Shown: positions 1 through 10,183, numbered from the stretch's first letter. The stretch is DNA of 64,000 nt from Candidatus Latescibacterota bacterium (GCA_964291625.2 OZ220090.1:1062451-1126450), one strand, 5' to 3'. Numbers and translations: made by a program. Notes: generated by a model not told the origin, from the sequence alone.

Positions 1-1
1 C

Positions 2-1525
2 GCCCTCTCCGGCAACCAGAACCTCCCCATCTTCGACGCCTGCATCGGCAGCGGCCTGCGGCTCATCCACACCCGCCACGAGGCCGCGGCCGTGCACATG
101 GCCGACGGCTGGGGCCGCCTCACCGGCGAGCCGGGGGTGGCCCTGCTCACCGCCGGGCCCGGCCACTGCAACGGCGTCACCGGCCTGTTCGTGGCCCGGG
201 CCGCCGAGTCGCCCCTGGTGATGATCAGCGGCCACAGCCCGCGCTCGCAGGCCGGCATGGGCGCCTTCCAGGAGCTGGACCAGGCGGCCATGGCGGCGCC
301 CGCCGCCAAGTGGTCCCACACGGCCGACGGGTCCGGGCCGCTGGCGGAACTCGTCGCCCGGGCGCTGAGGACCGCGGTCGGCGGCCGCCCCGGGCCCGTG
401 CACCTCAGCCTGCCCATGGACCTGCTGCAGACGGAGGAGGCCCTGGGTCCACCATCGAGGGCGGAAGGGCTTCCAGAGGAGGAGGCCCGGCTGAGCGAGA
501 GCGAGGCCGGGGAGATCCTCGACCACCTGCAGAGCGCCGCCCGCCCCCTGATCCTGGCCGGTCCCGCCATGTCCCGCGGCGGCCACTGGCAGGCGGTGCA
601 GGCCCTGCAGTCGGCCTCCGGCGTCCCGGCCCTGCCGTGCGAGAGTCCGCGGGGCGTGGACGACCCCTGGCTGCGCGGCGCCACTCACTGTCTGGCCGAG
701 GCCGATCTCGTGCTGCTCCTGGGAAAGAGACTGGACCACTCCCTGCGCTTCGGAGAGCCCCCCGCCTTCTCGGAGTCGGTCCGCTTCCTCGCGGTCGACG
801 CCGAAGAAGCGCTCAACCCCTCCCGCCTCGACGGCTGCTTCCGGGCCGACCCCGCCGAGGCCGCGGCCACCCTCACCGACGCCGCGGCGCAGCGGCCATG
901 GCAGGACAGCCCGTGGGGCCGGCAGGTCCGCGAGGCGCGCGCCGAGCCCCCGGAGTGGCCGGCCCACCGCGACAGCGCCGCATCGCCCATCCACCCCCTG
1001 GCGCTGTGCGAGAGGCTTCAGCCCTTCCTGGACCGGGACGGCGTCTTCGTCTGCGACGGCGGCGAGTTCGGGCAGTGGATGCAGGGCGGGCTCAGCGCCG
1101 GGGTGCGGCTGATCAACGGCCCTTCCGGCTCGATCGGCAGCTCCCTGCCCATGGGCATGGCCGCCAAGGTGCGCCACCCGGAGCGGCCGGTCTTCGTCTT
1201 CCAGGGGGACGGCACCTTCGGCTTCCACGCCCTCGAGATCGACACCTGCCTGCGCTACGGCCTGCCCGTGGTCGTCATCGTCGGCAACGACGCCCGCTGG
1301 AACGCCGAGGTGCAGTTGCAGATCCGCCAGTACGGGCCGGACCGCACCATCGGCTGCGACCTCCTGCCGACCCGCTACGACCGGGTCGCCGAGGCCCTGG
1401 GCGGGTTCGGCGAGCGGGTCGAGGATCCCGGCGAGCTGGCGCCCGCCGTCGAGCGCGCCCTGGCCAGCGGCCTGCCCGCGGTGATCGACGTCACCATCGA
1501 CGGACTGCCGGCCCCGGTCTTCTGA
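2..1525 (+). CDS. Thiamine pyrophosphate-binding protein (acetolactate synthase-like), 5' end outside window
   Basis: Frame is open from the window edge (ALSGNQNLPIFDA...TRHEAAAVHMADGWGRLTG); TAGPG motif; TPP-binding GDGTFG...GND motif. Confidence 0.92.
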   Translation, partial: ALSGNQNLPIFDACIGSGLRLIHTRHEAAAVHMADGWGRLTGEPGVALLTAGPGHCNGVTGLFVARAAESPLVMISGHSPRSQAGMGAFQELDQAAMAAPAAKWSHTADGSGPLAELVARALRTAVGGRPGPVHLSLPMDLLQTEEALGPPSRAEGLPEEEARLSESEAGEILDHLQSAARPLILAGPAMSRGGHWQAVQALQSASGVPALPCESPRGVDDPWLRGATHCLAEADLVLLLGKRLDHSLRFGEPPAFSESVRFLAVDAEEALNPSRLDGCFRADPAEAAATLTDAAAQRPWQDSPWGRQVREARAEPPEWPAHRDSAASPIHPLALCERLQPFLDRDGVFVCDGGEFGQWMQGGLSAGVRLINGPSGSIGSSLPMGMAAKVRHPERPVFVFQGDGTFGFHALEIDTCLRYGLPVVVIVGNDARWNAEVQLQIRQYGPDRTIGCDLLPTRYDRVAEALGGFGERVEDPGELAPAVERALASGLPAVIDVTIDGLPAPVF

Positions 1526-1535
1526 GGGGCCGCCC

Positions 1536-2942
1536 TCAGTGGCGACGCCTCGCGGCTGACCACGGGGAGCGCGAAGCCTGCTCTACCTTGCGGGAAACGG
1601 TCCACGGCTTGCTGGTGAGCCGGAGGCCCAGCCCACGTTTGATCTCACGCCACTTCTTCTCTTCTTCGGGCATGATGAAGGTCACCGCCTCTCCGGAGCG
1701 CCCCATGCGGCCCGTTCGTCCGACCCGGTGGGTGAACAGATGCTCCGAGTCCGGCAGGTCGAAGTTGATCACCTGTCCGACTCCCTCGATATCCAACCCT
1801 CGGGCGGCCACGTTCGTGGCCACCAGGATCGGTGTGGCGCCCGACCGGAAGTTCACCAACGCCCGTTCCCGCGCGTTCTGGCTGAGGTTCCCCTGCAGGG
1901 CGCCTACAGCGTATCCCAGGGCGTCCAGCTGTTTCGCCAGCCGCCTGACCCCGTGCTTGGTCCTGCCGAAGACCAGGACCGGAGCGTCCGGCCGCTGGTC
2001 CAGCAGCGTCTGCAGGGCGCCGATCTTGTCGCTCTTCTCGATGGTATAGACCAGATGCTCCACCGTCGGCAGCGCCTGCAGTTCCTCATCGACTTTCACC
2101 GTTACGGGGCTCCGAAGGTGCTTGGAGGCTGTCTTCGCCACCCACTCGGGCATGGTCGCCGAGAAGAGCGCCGTCTGACAGGCCGGGGGCGCGTAGCCGA
2201 GGATCGCCTCGACGTCCCGCGCGAACCCCTTGTCCAGCATCTCGTCCGCCTCGTCCAGAACCAGGAAACGCACCGATCCCAGGTCGAGACTGCCTTGCCG
2301 CAGGTGGTCCAGCGTCCGTCCCGGAGTGCCGACGATGATCTGGGCGCCGCCCTTCACCGCGCTGCGTTCGGGCCCCAGCCCCCGGCCGCCGTAGAGCAGG
2401 GTCACGCGCAGCCCGTGGGCCGAGGCGATCGCCTCCGTGACCCCCGCCACCTGGATGGCCAACTCGCGCGTCGGCACGAGCACGAGGGCCTGGACTCGCC
2501 GAATCGACGAATCGCACCGCTCGACCAGGGGCACGGCAAAGGCCAGGGTCTTCCCGGACCCGGTGCGCGCCTGGCCGATCACGTCCCGTCCCGCCAGAAG
2601 CTCGGGAATGGCTTTCTCCTGGATGGGGGTGGGCTCGGAGATTTCCATCCGGGAGATCGCCGCCCGGGTCTCGGAACTCAGCGCCATGCTGCCGAAGGAC
2701 GAACCCGCAACCGGGCCGCGGGCGGGGGTTTCACGGGGAGGGGGCGCCTCCTTTGCGGGCGCGACGGCTCGCGAGCCGACATCCTTGCGGGTGGCCTGGA
2801 AGCACGGCGAGCAGTAGACCGGCCTGTCGTGGGTTGGCCGGAAGGGAACCGTCGTGGAACAGCCGCAACTGGCGCAGACGGCCTTGTGCCGTTGCCTGCG
2901 GCTGGTGTTGAGTGGGCGGGTCGATGGGCGTTCGAGATGCAT
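1536..2942 (-). CDS. DEAD-box RNA helicase with N-terminal CxxC-x17-CxxC zinc ribbon
   Basis: Q motif PTPIQ, ARTGSGKT, PTRELA, TPGR, DEAD, SAT, ARGLD, HRVGRTGR; N-terminal CASC...VPFRP...PVYCSPCF. Confidence 0.95.
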   Translation of the reverse strand: MHLERPSTRPLNTSRRQRHKAVCASCGCSTTVPFRPTHDRPVYCSPCFQATRKDVGSRAVAPAKEAPPPRETPARGPVAGSSFGSMALSSETRAAISRMEISEPTPIQEKAIPELLAGRDVIGQARTGSGKTLAFAVPLVERCDSSIRRVQALVLVPTRELAIQVAGVTEAIASAHGLRVTLLYGGRGLGPERSAVKGGAQIIVGTPGRTLDHLRQGSLDLGSVRFLVLDEADEMLDKGFARDVEAILGYAPPACQTALFSATMPEWVAKTASKHLRSPVTVKVDEELQALPTVEHLVYTIEKSDKIGALQTLLDQRPDAPVLVFGRTKHGVRRLAKQLDALGYAVGALQGNLSQNARERALVNFRSGATPILVATNVAARGLDIEGVGQVINFDLPDSEHLFTHRVGRTGRMGRSGEAVTFIMPEEEKKWREIKRGLGLRLTSKPWTVSRKVEQASRSPWSAARRRH

Positions 2943-3224
2943 GCGGAAGCAGACTCCTTGGTCTGTGCGAGTGACGCGGGGGTGAAGAGAGAAGAGAGAT
3001 CGTGGACCGTGGGTGGATGGAACCGGAAGCGCGCCAGGTCAGGCGCACCCGCCCACCACACCCGGACCGTACGGCAAGATGCCGTTCGTCCTGATCCTGC
3101 CTGCTCTGAAAGGGTGTCTCAAGAAAGGAAGCGCTGAAGCAGGCCAGTTGGTCATCCCGGCGAGTCAAGAGCCTGCCGGTGGCCTGTTTCAAGTGGGTTC
3201 ACAGAGTATACGGGAGATTGAGCC

Positions 3225-4337
3225 TTGGTCAACCCCCGAGATGAACGGCCGCCGACCCGAGTCGCCGTGGCCGGCTGCGGGAGCATCGCCGTGAGCGGCC
3301 ACCTGCCGGCCTGCCGGGCCGCGGCCGAATCCGGACTCTGCGAGCTGGTGGGGGTCTGCGACATCGTCCCCGAACGGGCGCGGTCAGCGTCACGCGAGTA
3401 CGGCGCCCCCTCCTTCGATACGGTGGCGCAGATGCTGGCGGAGACGCAGCCGGAAGTCCTGAGCATCACCACATTTCCGGACTCTCATCGAGAACTGGCA
3501 CTCCAGGCCTTCGCCGCCGGATGTCATGTCCTGTGTGAGAAACCGGTGGCCATGAACGCCGCGGAAGCGGCGCAGATGGTGACGGCCGCACGAGGAGCCG
3601 GCCGCCTCCTGGGCGTCTGCTTCCAGTACCGGCACTGGGACGAATCGCGATGGCTCAAGGAACGCATCGCCGCCGGCGCCCTGGGCCACGTCCACTCGGT
3701 CCGCACCTGGGGCGGCGGCGTCCACGGCTTCGCCACCAACCCCGACTATCACCGGGTGGCCCGCGCCGGGGGCGGCGTCCTCGCCCACTGGACGATCCAC
3801 AACATGGACCTGGCCCTCTGGCTGCTGGACCATCCCGAGCCCGTCACCGCCAGCGCCTTCTGCCACCAGCGGCTGTCCACCTCCCCCGAGGCCCTCGGGC
3901 CTTCCCTCGATGTCGTCGATCCCGCGGCGGTGGAGCCGGGGATCGAGGACTTCGCCATGGCCCTCGTGCGGCTGGAGGGCGGCACCGTGATCACCGTCGA
4001 GGCGGACTGGCTGCAGCCGCCCTCGGAGCGCCACGAAGGGTGGGAGATCCTCGGCGAGCGCGGCGCCGCCTCCCTCTCGCCGCTCCGCTTCCGCGTCGTG
4101 AAGGACGGCTCCTGGATCGACGCCGGGCCTCCCCCGGGAGCGCTGGCCCCCGGCGGCTACGGCATGGAACGGCTCTACACCGCCTTCCTCGAGGCCGTCC
4201 GCAGCGGCGGCCCCGCGCCCGTGTCGGGGGCCGAGATCCTGCGCATCCAGCGCCTGATGGACGCCCTCTACGAGTCCGCCGCCCGGGGGCGCGAGGTGAG
4301 CCTGGCGGAGGCTTCCCCATGCGAGGAGGAGAGATGA
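3225..4337 (+). CDS. Gfo/Idh/MocA family oxidoreductase
   Basis: GCGSIA Rossmann motif, HVLCEKP, GGGVLAHWTIHNMD. Confidence 0.92.
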   Translation: MVNPRDERPPTRVAVAGCGSIAVSGHLPACRAAAESGLCELVGVCDIVPERARSASREYGAPSFDTVAQMLAETQPEVLSITTFPDSHRELALQAFAAGCHVLCEKPVAMNAAEAAQMVTAARGAGRLLGVCFQYRHWDESRWLKERIAAGALGHVHSVRTWGGGVHGFATNPDYHRVARAGGGVLAHWTIHNMDLALWLLDHPEPVTASAFCHQRLSTSPEALGPSLDVVDPAAVEPGIEDFAMALVRLEGGTVITVEADWLQPPSERHEGWEILGERGAASLSPLRFRVVKDGSWIDAGPPPGALAPGGYGMERLYTAFLEAVRSGGPAPVSGAEILRIQRLMDALYESAARGREVSLAEASPCEEER

Positions 4338-4945
4338 GTCTGATCTACATCGAGTACTTCAGCCGCCGCCCCGGGGTCGACCTGGACACCTTCCGGGCGG
4401 GGGTCGCCGAGGGCCAACAGGGCTGGGACAGCGGTTACGACGCCGACCGTCTCGTGCTCAACGTGGGGCGGACCTGGCGGCTCGGTCCCGAGCCCGAGTA
4501 CTTCACCGCCTGGCACTGCCCCCGCGCCGGCTTCGACCGCCTCGACGACTGGGACCGCATCTTCCGCGGCGGCGAGGCCGATCACCTGGAGGGGGCCTTC
4601 TTCCGGGTGGCCCGCATCGACGTGGCCGGCTGCTACACGCCCCTCATCGAGCCCGTCCCCACCCGGGGCGGCACATACTACGTCGAGCTCTTCCGCCCCC
4701 GGGCCGACGGGGATTCGATCTCCGCCTTCTACGGGGAACGCGCCGCCCGGCACCCCCGCCTGCGGCTGAACCTGCTCCTGCACCGCATCGGCCGGCTCGC
4801 TCCGGAGCCGGGCGGACTCGCCGTCTGGGTGCTGCCGGAGTTCGCCGCCCTGGAGGAGATCGCCCGGGAGCTGGACGGGGCCGATCAGCCGGTGGAGCTG
4901 GTCACGGCCGGGACCTACGCCGACTTCGGGCGCGAGATCCTGTAG
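4334..4945 (+). CDS. Hypothetical protein (MSLIYIEYFSRRPG...)
   Basis: GAGGAG RBS, ATGA overlap with upstream stop, host-like codon usage; C-terminal part of ORF 3650..4945. Confidence 0.75.
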   Translation: MSLIYIEYFSRRPGVDLDTFRAGVAEGQQGWDSGYDADRLVLNVGRTWRLGPEPEYFTAWHCPRAGFDRLDDWDRIFRGGEADHLEGAFFRVARIDVAGCYTPLIEPVPTRGGTYYVELFRPRADGDSISAFYGERAARHPRLRLNLLLHRIGRLAPEPGGLAVWVLPEFAALEEIARELDGADQPVELVTAGTYADFGREIL

Positions 4946-4975
4946 CACGGGAGGATTGCGCGCTGGCGCGTGCAG

Positions 4976-5015
4976 ATCATTCACAGCGTGAATGATATCT
5001 ATTCACGCCATGAAT
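4976..5015. promoter_or_regulatory. AT-rich tandem palindromes (operator-like)
   Basis: ATTCAC-agc-GTGAAT at 4979 and ATTCAC-gcc-ATGAAT at 5001, 22 bp apart. Confidence 0.45.
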
Positions 5016-5141
5016 TGATCGCACCCGCCGATGCGGGGCCCCCCAAGGGCCGGTCCCCTCAGGGAGCCGGGCCGCGCTTGGGGCCGGGGCGCATCGATCA
5101 CACTGGAAGAGACGGGTTGCGCCGCTCCGAAGGCGGCTCCG

Positions 5142-5813
5142 TCAGGGAACCCGATCCTTCGGAAACCAGGTGACCCTCGGCGGCCCGGTCGAGGTGCTGC
5201 GCCGTGCGTCCATCATCTCCCGGAGGGTCTCCCGGGCGCCGCCGACGATGGGGTCGCCGTGCCCGGGCAGGAGGCTCTCGAAGTCGAGGTCGAGCAGGTG
5301 GGCCAGGCTCTCCCAGGGCCGGGGATGGCCGTTGGGGTGGCCGCCGAGGGGGATGCCTCCCGGCGCCCACTTGGCGGTGGTGCCCAGGGCGTCGCCCACG
5401 AACAGGAGACCCCCGTGCCGCGGGGAGAGCAGGGCCTGCTCGCCGCGGGTGAGGCCGGGGACGCCGACGGCCCGCAGGCCGCAGGGCAGCTCGTCGCCGT
5501 CGCCGTAGGGCTCCCAGCGGTCCAGGTCCTCGACCATGCAGGCGTCCTCGGCGGGCAGGTAGATCGGGGCCCCGGTGCGGGCGGCGAAGAGCCGGGCCGA
5601 GCGCTCGTGCCAGCCCACGGTGAGCACGATGGCCCGCACGTCCCCGGCCTCGGCAATCGGTTGGAGGGCGCTCCACTCGACCGGATCGATGAGGACGCTG
5701 CCGGCCTCCGTGCGCAGCCACCAGGACTCGAGGGACCAGACCTCCGGCCAGACGACCCGCCACTGGAACAGGCCGGGCAGGACCTCCTCCATCGCCTCCC
5801 CCCCGGTCAGCAT
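5142..5813 (-). CDS. MBL-fold metallo-hydrolase-like protein
   Basis: VLIDP, degenerate T-x-x-x-H-x-R motif (LTVGWHERS), LFVGDAL, LLPGHG. Confidence 0.8.
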   Translation of the reverse strand: MLTGGEAMEEVLPGLFQWRVVWPEVWSLESWWLRTEAGSVLIDPVEWSALQPIAEAGDVRAIVLTVGWHERSARLFAARTGAPIYLPAEDACMVEDLDRWEPYGDGDELPCGLRAVGVPGLTRGEQALLSPRHGGLLFVGDALGTTAKWAPGGIPLGGHPNGHPRPWESLAHLLDLDFESLLPGHGDPIVGGARETLREMMDARRSTSTGPPRVTWFPKDRVP

Positions 5814-5819
5814 GAGCCC

Positions 5820-7043
5820 TCAGGCCGGTCGGCGCTCGGCCGCCAGCTCCCCCAGGGCCCCCAGGAGCAGGTCGATCTCGTCCTCGAGGTGGAAGAAGCA
5901 GACGCTGGCCCGCAGGCCCTCCACGGTGTGGGGGAGAGGCTTGATGACGAGGTTCCAGCGCTCCTGCAGGGCCGCCGTGAGGGCCTCCCCCGTCCAGCCG
6001 CGCAGGCCGAAGCTGACCAGGGCCGCCGAGTCCTCCGCCCTCCGGGGCGTGTACAGCTCGGCGCCGTCGATGCGGGCCAGTCCCGCCTTGAGCCGGCCCG
6101 TCAGCTCGCGGATGCGCGACCAGACCGCCCCGGGTCCGATCTCCTGGAGCCAGTCGGCGGCCGCCGCCCAGGCGTGGACCAGCGGCCACGACCAGGGGCC
6201 GTACTGGAAGCGCTGGGCCGTGTCGGGCAGCTCGAAGGTGTCGCTCTCGAAGTCGAGCCACTTCTCGGCGCGGCAGCCGGCGTAGGTGACCTCGATGTCG
6301 TGGAGCTTCTCGCGGCGGACCCACAGGGCGCCGGCGGCGTAGGGCGAGAACATCCACTTGTAGGAGAGCAGGCCGGCGAAGTCGCAGCCCAGGTCGCGGA
6401 GCCGGTAGGGCACGGCGCCGCACGAGTGGGCCAGGTCGAGGAAGGAGGGGATGCCGCGCTCCCGGGCCAGGGCGCACAGGGGCTCGACGGGAAAGCGGAA
6501 GCCGAAGTCGGTGGTCACGTGGCTCAGGGCCAGGAGCCGGGTCCTCGGGGTCAGGGCGGCGTCAGCGGCGGCCATCAGCTCCTCCCGGTCCTCGGCCAGG
6601 GGCAGCTTCACCACCTCGACGCCGAGGCGTTCCCGCAGGTGCAGGCTGGGCAGCAGCAGGGCCGCCTCCTCGTTGTCGGAGATGACGATGCGGTCGCCCG
6701 CCTCCCACGAGAGGCCGCGGAGCACCGTGTGGAAGGCCTCGCTCACGCCGCGCATGACGGCCAGCTCGTCGGCGTCGGCGTCGAAGTACCGGGCCAGGCG
6801 CTCCATGGAGCGGCGGCGGCGGGGGTACTCCTCTTCCGGGTAGATGATGTGCATGGGGCCGCGGGCCAGCAGCTCCTCCATGAGCTGCATGTGCTCGCGG
6901 GCGACGGGCTCCGGCGTGATGGAGACGCCGCCGTTCTGGAACCAGACGTAGTTGCGCAGGGCCGGGAACTGGGCCCGCACCGCGGCCACGTCGATCGCGG
7001 CCGTGGCGGGCGCGGAGGCGGCCGGCGCGGCGGATGTGCTCAA
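5820..7043 (-). CDS. Aminotransferase class V (cysteine desulfurase/isopenicillin-N epimerase-like)
   Basis: VRAQFPAL, LSHV, DLAHS, PLP lysine in SYKW, LRASVCFFH; TTG start overlaps upstream TGA. Confidence 0.9.
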   Translation of the reverse strand: MSTSAAPAASAPATAAIDVAAVRAQFPALRNYVWFQNGGVSITPEPVAREHMQLMEELLARGPMHIIYPEEEYPRRRRSMERLARYFDADADELAVMRGVSEAFHTVLRGLSWEAGDRIVISDNEEAALLLPSLHLRERLGVEVVKLPLAEDREELMAAADAALTPRTRLLALSHVTTDFGFRFPVEPLCALARERGIPSFLDLAHSCGAVPYRLRDLGCDFAGLLSYKWMFSPYAAGALWVRREKLHDIEVTYAGCRAEKWLDFESDTFELPDTAQRFQYGPWSWPLVHAWAAAADWLQEIGPGAVWSRIRELTGRLKAGLARIDGAELYTPRRAEDSAALVSFGLRGWTGEALTAALQERWNLVIKPLPHTVEGLRASVCFFHLEDEIDLLLGALGELAAERRPA

Positions 7044-7798
7044 GAGTCCAGGCCCCAGAGCCGTCGGCGCTCCTCGGGCCAGTCCTCCCATCCCGGGTGC
7101 AGCTGCATCACCGCCTTCACGTCGCGCTTGCGGCCCCCCGGCGGGAAGTAGTTCCAGCCCATGGCCCGCCGCGGACCGGCGCCGGTCTTGAGGCCGGTGG
7201 CGTGCCAGCAGGAGGGCGTCCAGATCAGGGTCCAGCGGGGGTCGAGGACGACCTCCACCTCCTGCGGGTGGCGGGCGTAGCAGTGCTCGGGGGGCTCCTC
7301 GTGGTTGCCGGTGGCCAGCTCGAGCTGCATCAGCTCGGCCGCCACCTCCTCGCGGGAGCGGTGCTGGCTGCCGGGCAGCACCCGCAGGGGCGCGTTGCTG
7401 GCGTCGTGGCGGTCGAGGGCGGTGCGGAAAGAGACCTGGCGCACGTCGGGGCCGCCGTCGACGTGCCAGTAGACCTGGCGGATCGGCCGCCCCTCGGAGG
7501 CGTCGCCGATGCCGCAGGCGCCCACGTGCACGTCCTCGGCGCCGAGGATGCGCCGCGCCGCCTCCACCAGGATCGGGCTCTCCACCATCTTCAGCAGGGG
7601 CTCGCCGATCATCAGGAACTGGCAGGCCAGGCGGTTGCATCCCGGGAACTCGGTCTGCGCCCACACCGGCTCCACCTCCTGCTGGCGGGCGTCGACCTCG
7701 CGCATGCCCTCGGCGCCGATCGGATTGGGGACGAAGAAGAAGCCGTGGCGCTCGAAGTGGGCCAGCTGCGCGTCGGTGATGCCGATCTCTGCGCCCAT
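7040..7798 (-). CDS. Phytanoyl-CoA dioxygenase (PhyH) family Fe(II)/2OG protein
   Basis: FERHGFF start, WHVD (HxD), LRVLPGSQ, WHAT distal His. Confidence 0.85.
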   Translation of the reverse strand: MGAEIGITDAQLAHFERHGFFFVPNPIGAEGMREVDARQQEVEPVWAQTEFPGCNRLACQFLMIGEPLLKMVESPILVEAARRILGAEDVHVGACGIGDASEGRPIRQVYWHVDGGPDVRQVSFRTALDRHDASNAPLRVLPGSQHRSREEVAAELMQLELATGNHEEPPEHCYARHPQEVEVVLDPRWTLIWTPSCWHATGLKTGAGPRRAMGWNYFPPGGRKRDVKAVMQLHPGWEDWPEERRRLWGLDS

Positions 7799-7801
7799 CC
7801 T

Positions 7802-8878
7802 TCAGGCCCTCCCCACGGCCAGCTCGTCGAGCTTGGCCTCGTCCAGCTCGACGCCGAGGCCCGGCCCCTCGAAGGGGGTCAGGTAGCTGCCCTCGGCCTT
7901 CACCCGCTCCTTCGCCGGCGAGGCCATGTAGAGGACGGGGCCCATGGGGTCGCAGGGCAGCTGCACCTGGGGCGAGCTGACGCCCACGGAGACCTGGGCG
8001 CTGACGCCGAGGGTCGACTCCTGGTCGGTGCCGATGAGGCACTTCAGGCCCATCGCCTCGGCCACGGACATGATGCGCTTGATGTGGGTCGGCCCGCCGG
8101 AGACGCAGGCGAGGTTGAAGGCGGTGCAGGCGCCGCTGTCGGCCGCCTCCCAGGCCTGGCGCAGGGAGCCGATGTGCCAGGTCACGGGCAGGTCGACGCG
8201 TTTGGTGAACTCGGCGCTGGCCCGCATGTCCCAGCTCGGCTGCTCGAAGTGGAAGGGGTCGTGGCGGCGCAGGCGGTCGCCGTAGCGCAGGACCTCCTGC
8301 CAGTCGGTGAACCGGCCCGAGAAGTCGAGGGACTTGAGGCGGATGGCGTCGCCGTGCCTCGACTTCATCTCGGTGAGGAAGCGGTCGTCGAGCTCGGAGT
8401 CGCCGGAGACGTAGAACCGGAAGAGGTGGTGGCCGAGGTCGACGAGGCGCTGCAGGTAGGAGCCGGCCTGCTCGAAGTCCTCCTGCACCTGGCGGCCCCA
8501 GATCGGGTAGCAGCAGTAGAGGCGGTCGCGCACCTTGCCGCCGAGCATCTGGTACGCGGGCACGCCCTGCACCTTGCCGTTGAGGTCGTAGAGGGCCAGG
8601 TCGACGGCGGAGGCCACGTGGGCGTTGGAGACGGTGGAGCCCCACGGGCGGCCGCGCATGAAGTCGTTGATCTCGTTGATGCGGCGCGCGTCCAGGCCCT
8701 TGAGCTGCTCGTTGAGCTGCCCCGCCAGGGCCGGCAGGTCGGCGCACTTGCTGTCCGAGGCCTCCCCGAGTCCGACGGGACCGTCGTCGACGTGGAGCTT
8801 GAGGATCACGTGCCCCGAGATCATCCCGTGGTAACGGGGCGTCTCGATCTGGATGAGCTCGATCTTCTGAATCTTCAC
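7802..8878 (-). CDS. Mandelate racemase/muconate lactonizing enzyme family (enolase superfamily)
   Basis: GLGE, SAVDLALYDLNGK...PAYQMLGGKVRD, FEQP, GPGLGVELD; GTG start with GGAG RBS. Confidence 0.88.
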   Translation of the reverse strand: MKIQKIELIQIETPRYHGMISGHVILKLHVDDGPVGLGEASDSKCADLPALAGQLNEQLKGLDARRINEINDFMRGRPWGSTVSNAHVASAVDLALYDLNGKVQGVPAYQMLGGKVRDRLYCCYPIWGRQVQEDFEQAGSYLQRLVDLGHHLFRFYVSGDSELDDRFLTEMKSRHGDAIRLKSLDFSGRFTDWQEVLRYGDRLRRHDPFHFEQPSWDMRASAEFTKRVDLPVTWHIGSLRQAWEAADSGACTAFNLACVSGGPTHIKRIMSVAEAMGLKCLIGTDQESTLGVSAQVSVGVSSPQVQLPCDPMGPVLYMASPAKERVKAEGSYLTPFEGPGLGVELDEAKLDELAVGRA

Positions 8879-8886
8879 GGTCTCTC

Positions 8887-10080
8887 CTATCCCTTCTCGA
8901 TGTTGGGCGGAGGCGCGGCGGCCTCCCACCCGGGGCCGGCCAGGGCCGTGGCCAGGGTGCGGGCCACGCTCACGGCGTGGGCGCAGGTCGCCTCCTCGGT
9001 GACGCAGTAGACCTGGTAGCAGTACGCGAGGGTGCCGAAGCGCTCGGCCAGGTTGGTGAAGCCGCCGGCGCCGCTCAAGGGCGTGGCGCGCTCGATGGCG
9101 GTGACCCGCCAGTCGGCGTTCAGCGACAGCAGCGCCGCGTCCACCCGCTCCGCCAGCTCCCGGCGGCCGGGGTCGGCGAACCACTCCGCCGCCATGGGGT
9201 TCAGCTTGTGGGCGCGCACGTCCTGGTAGTGGGTGTGCAGCTCCAGGTAGGACAGCGGCCCCAGGGCCTCGGCGTACTCCCACAGGGCGCGGGTCTCGGC
9301 CGGAGCGGCCTGGCCCGCCAGCAGGCGGCCGAAGCTGAACATGGGCACCTCGCCGTCGCCGTTGGTGCACGACCGCCCGCCGGCGGTGCCGTCGGGGTTG
9401 GGCAGGGGCACGAAGGCGAAGCGGAAGCGCTCGAGGAGCCGCCGCGTCAGGGCGCTGCCGTCGGTGAGCCAGTGGGCGATGGCGAGCACCGGACGCGCCG
9501 CCGGCTCGGCGGGCTGCATCGTCGCCCCGATGAGGATGGTGTCGGCCGCGGCGGCCGTCGACTCCAGCGCCAGGATCGGACGGCCCTGGCAGGTGCGGCC
9601 GATCTCGCGGACCTCGAAGGGACCGGAGGCGGCCAGCGTCCCCATGTCGTCGCAGATCTCGCGGACACTGGCGTAGGGCTTGTTGGCAACCCTCACCTCC
9701 TCGCCCGGCGCCAGGCGGATCTTCAGGTCCACGTGGGAACCTTCGGCGTGCTCGGTGTCGCGGGCCGGGACCGGCCGCCAGCGGCCGCGCCGGAAGAGCC
9801 AGTACGGCGGCGCCATGTAGGCGGCGCCGCTGGTCTCGGTGAACCGGAACCGCAGCCGCACGGTGCGGTGCTGGTCCACGTGGGAGACCAGGCGCACGTG
9901 GCAGGCGTACTCGCGGGGCACCCCGGCGCCGCCGAAGTGCTCCTCCAGGGCTTCGCGGAACCAGTCCGGCACGGGCTCGGGCAGGGGCAGGGCCTCGAAG
10001 GCGTCCTGGCCCGCGACCCGGATCTCGCCGGCGCTGCCGCCCTCGAAGCCGGCGTCGACGCGGATGGAGGTGTCGCTCAT
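8887..10080 (-). CDS. M14 zinc carboxypeptidase-like protein
   Basis: FEGG N-terminus, IGRTCQGRPI, PLPNPDG, LELH; first zinc motif degenerate (QPAE). Confidence 0.75.
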   Translation of the reverse strand: MSDTSIRVDAGFEGGSAGEIRVAGQDAFEALPLPEPVPDWFREALEEHFGGAGVPREYACHVRLVSHVDQHRTVRLRFRFTETSGAAYMAPPYWLFRRGRWRPVPARDTEHAEGSHVDLKIRLAPGEEVRVANKPYASVREICDDMGTLAASGPFEVREIGRTCQGRPILALESTAAAADTILIGATMQPAEPAARPVLAIAHWLTDGSALTRRLLERFRFAFVPLPNPDGTAGGRSCTNGDGEVPMFSFGRLLAGQAAPAETRALWEYAEALGPLSYLELHTHYQDVRAHKLNPMAAEWFADPGRRELAERVDAALLSLNADWRVTAIERATPLSGAGGFTNLAERFGTLAYCYQVYCVTEEATCAHAVSVARTLATALAGPGWEAAAPPPNIEKG

Positions 10081-10183
10081 GGAGCCGAAAGATTGGTGAA
10101 TCACCCGGCCGGCTCAAGGCGGGGCGCCGCTGGACGGCGCCGCCCGGGCGCGGCTGATTCCTCCTCCCCTTCACCGCTGGCCG

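Noticed and set aside
310-2049. Arg/Pro/Gly-rich alternative-frame and antisense ORFs throughout the window
   Set aside because: They overlap well-supported genes and have the composition expected of off-frame translation of GC-rich DNA
3100-3224. REP- or IS-end-like sequence between the helicase and Gfo genes
   Set aside because: No second copy or matching inverted end found in the window
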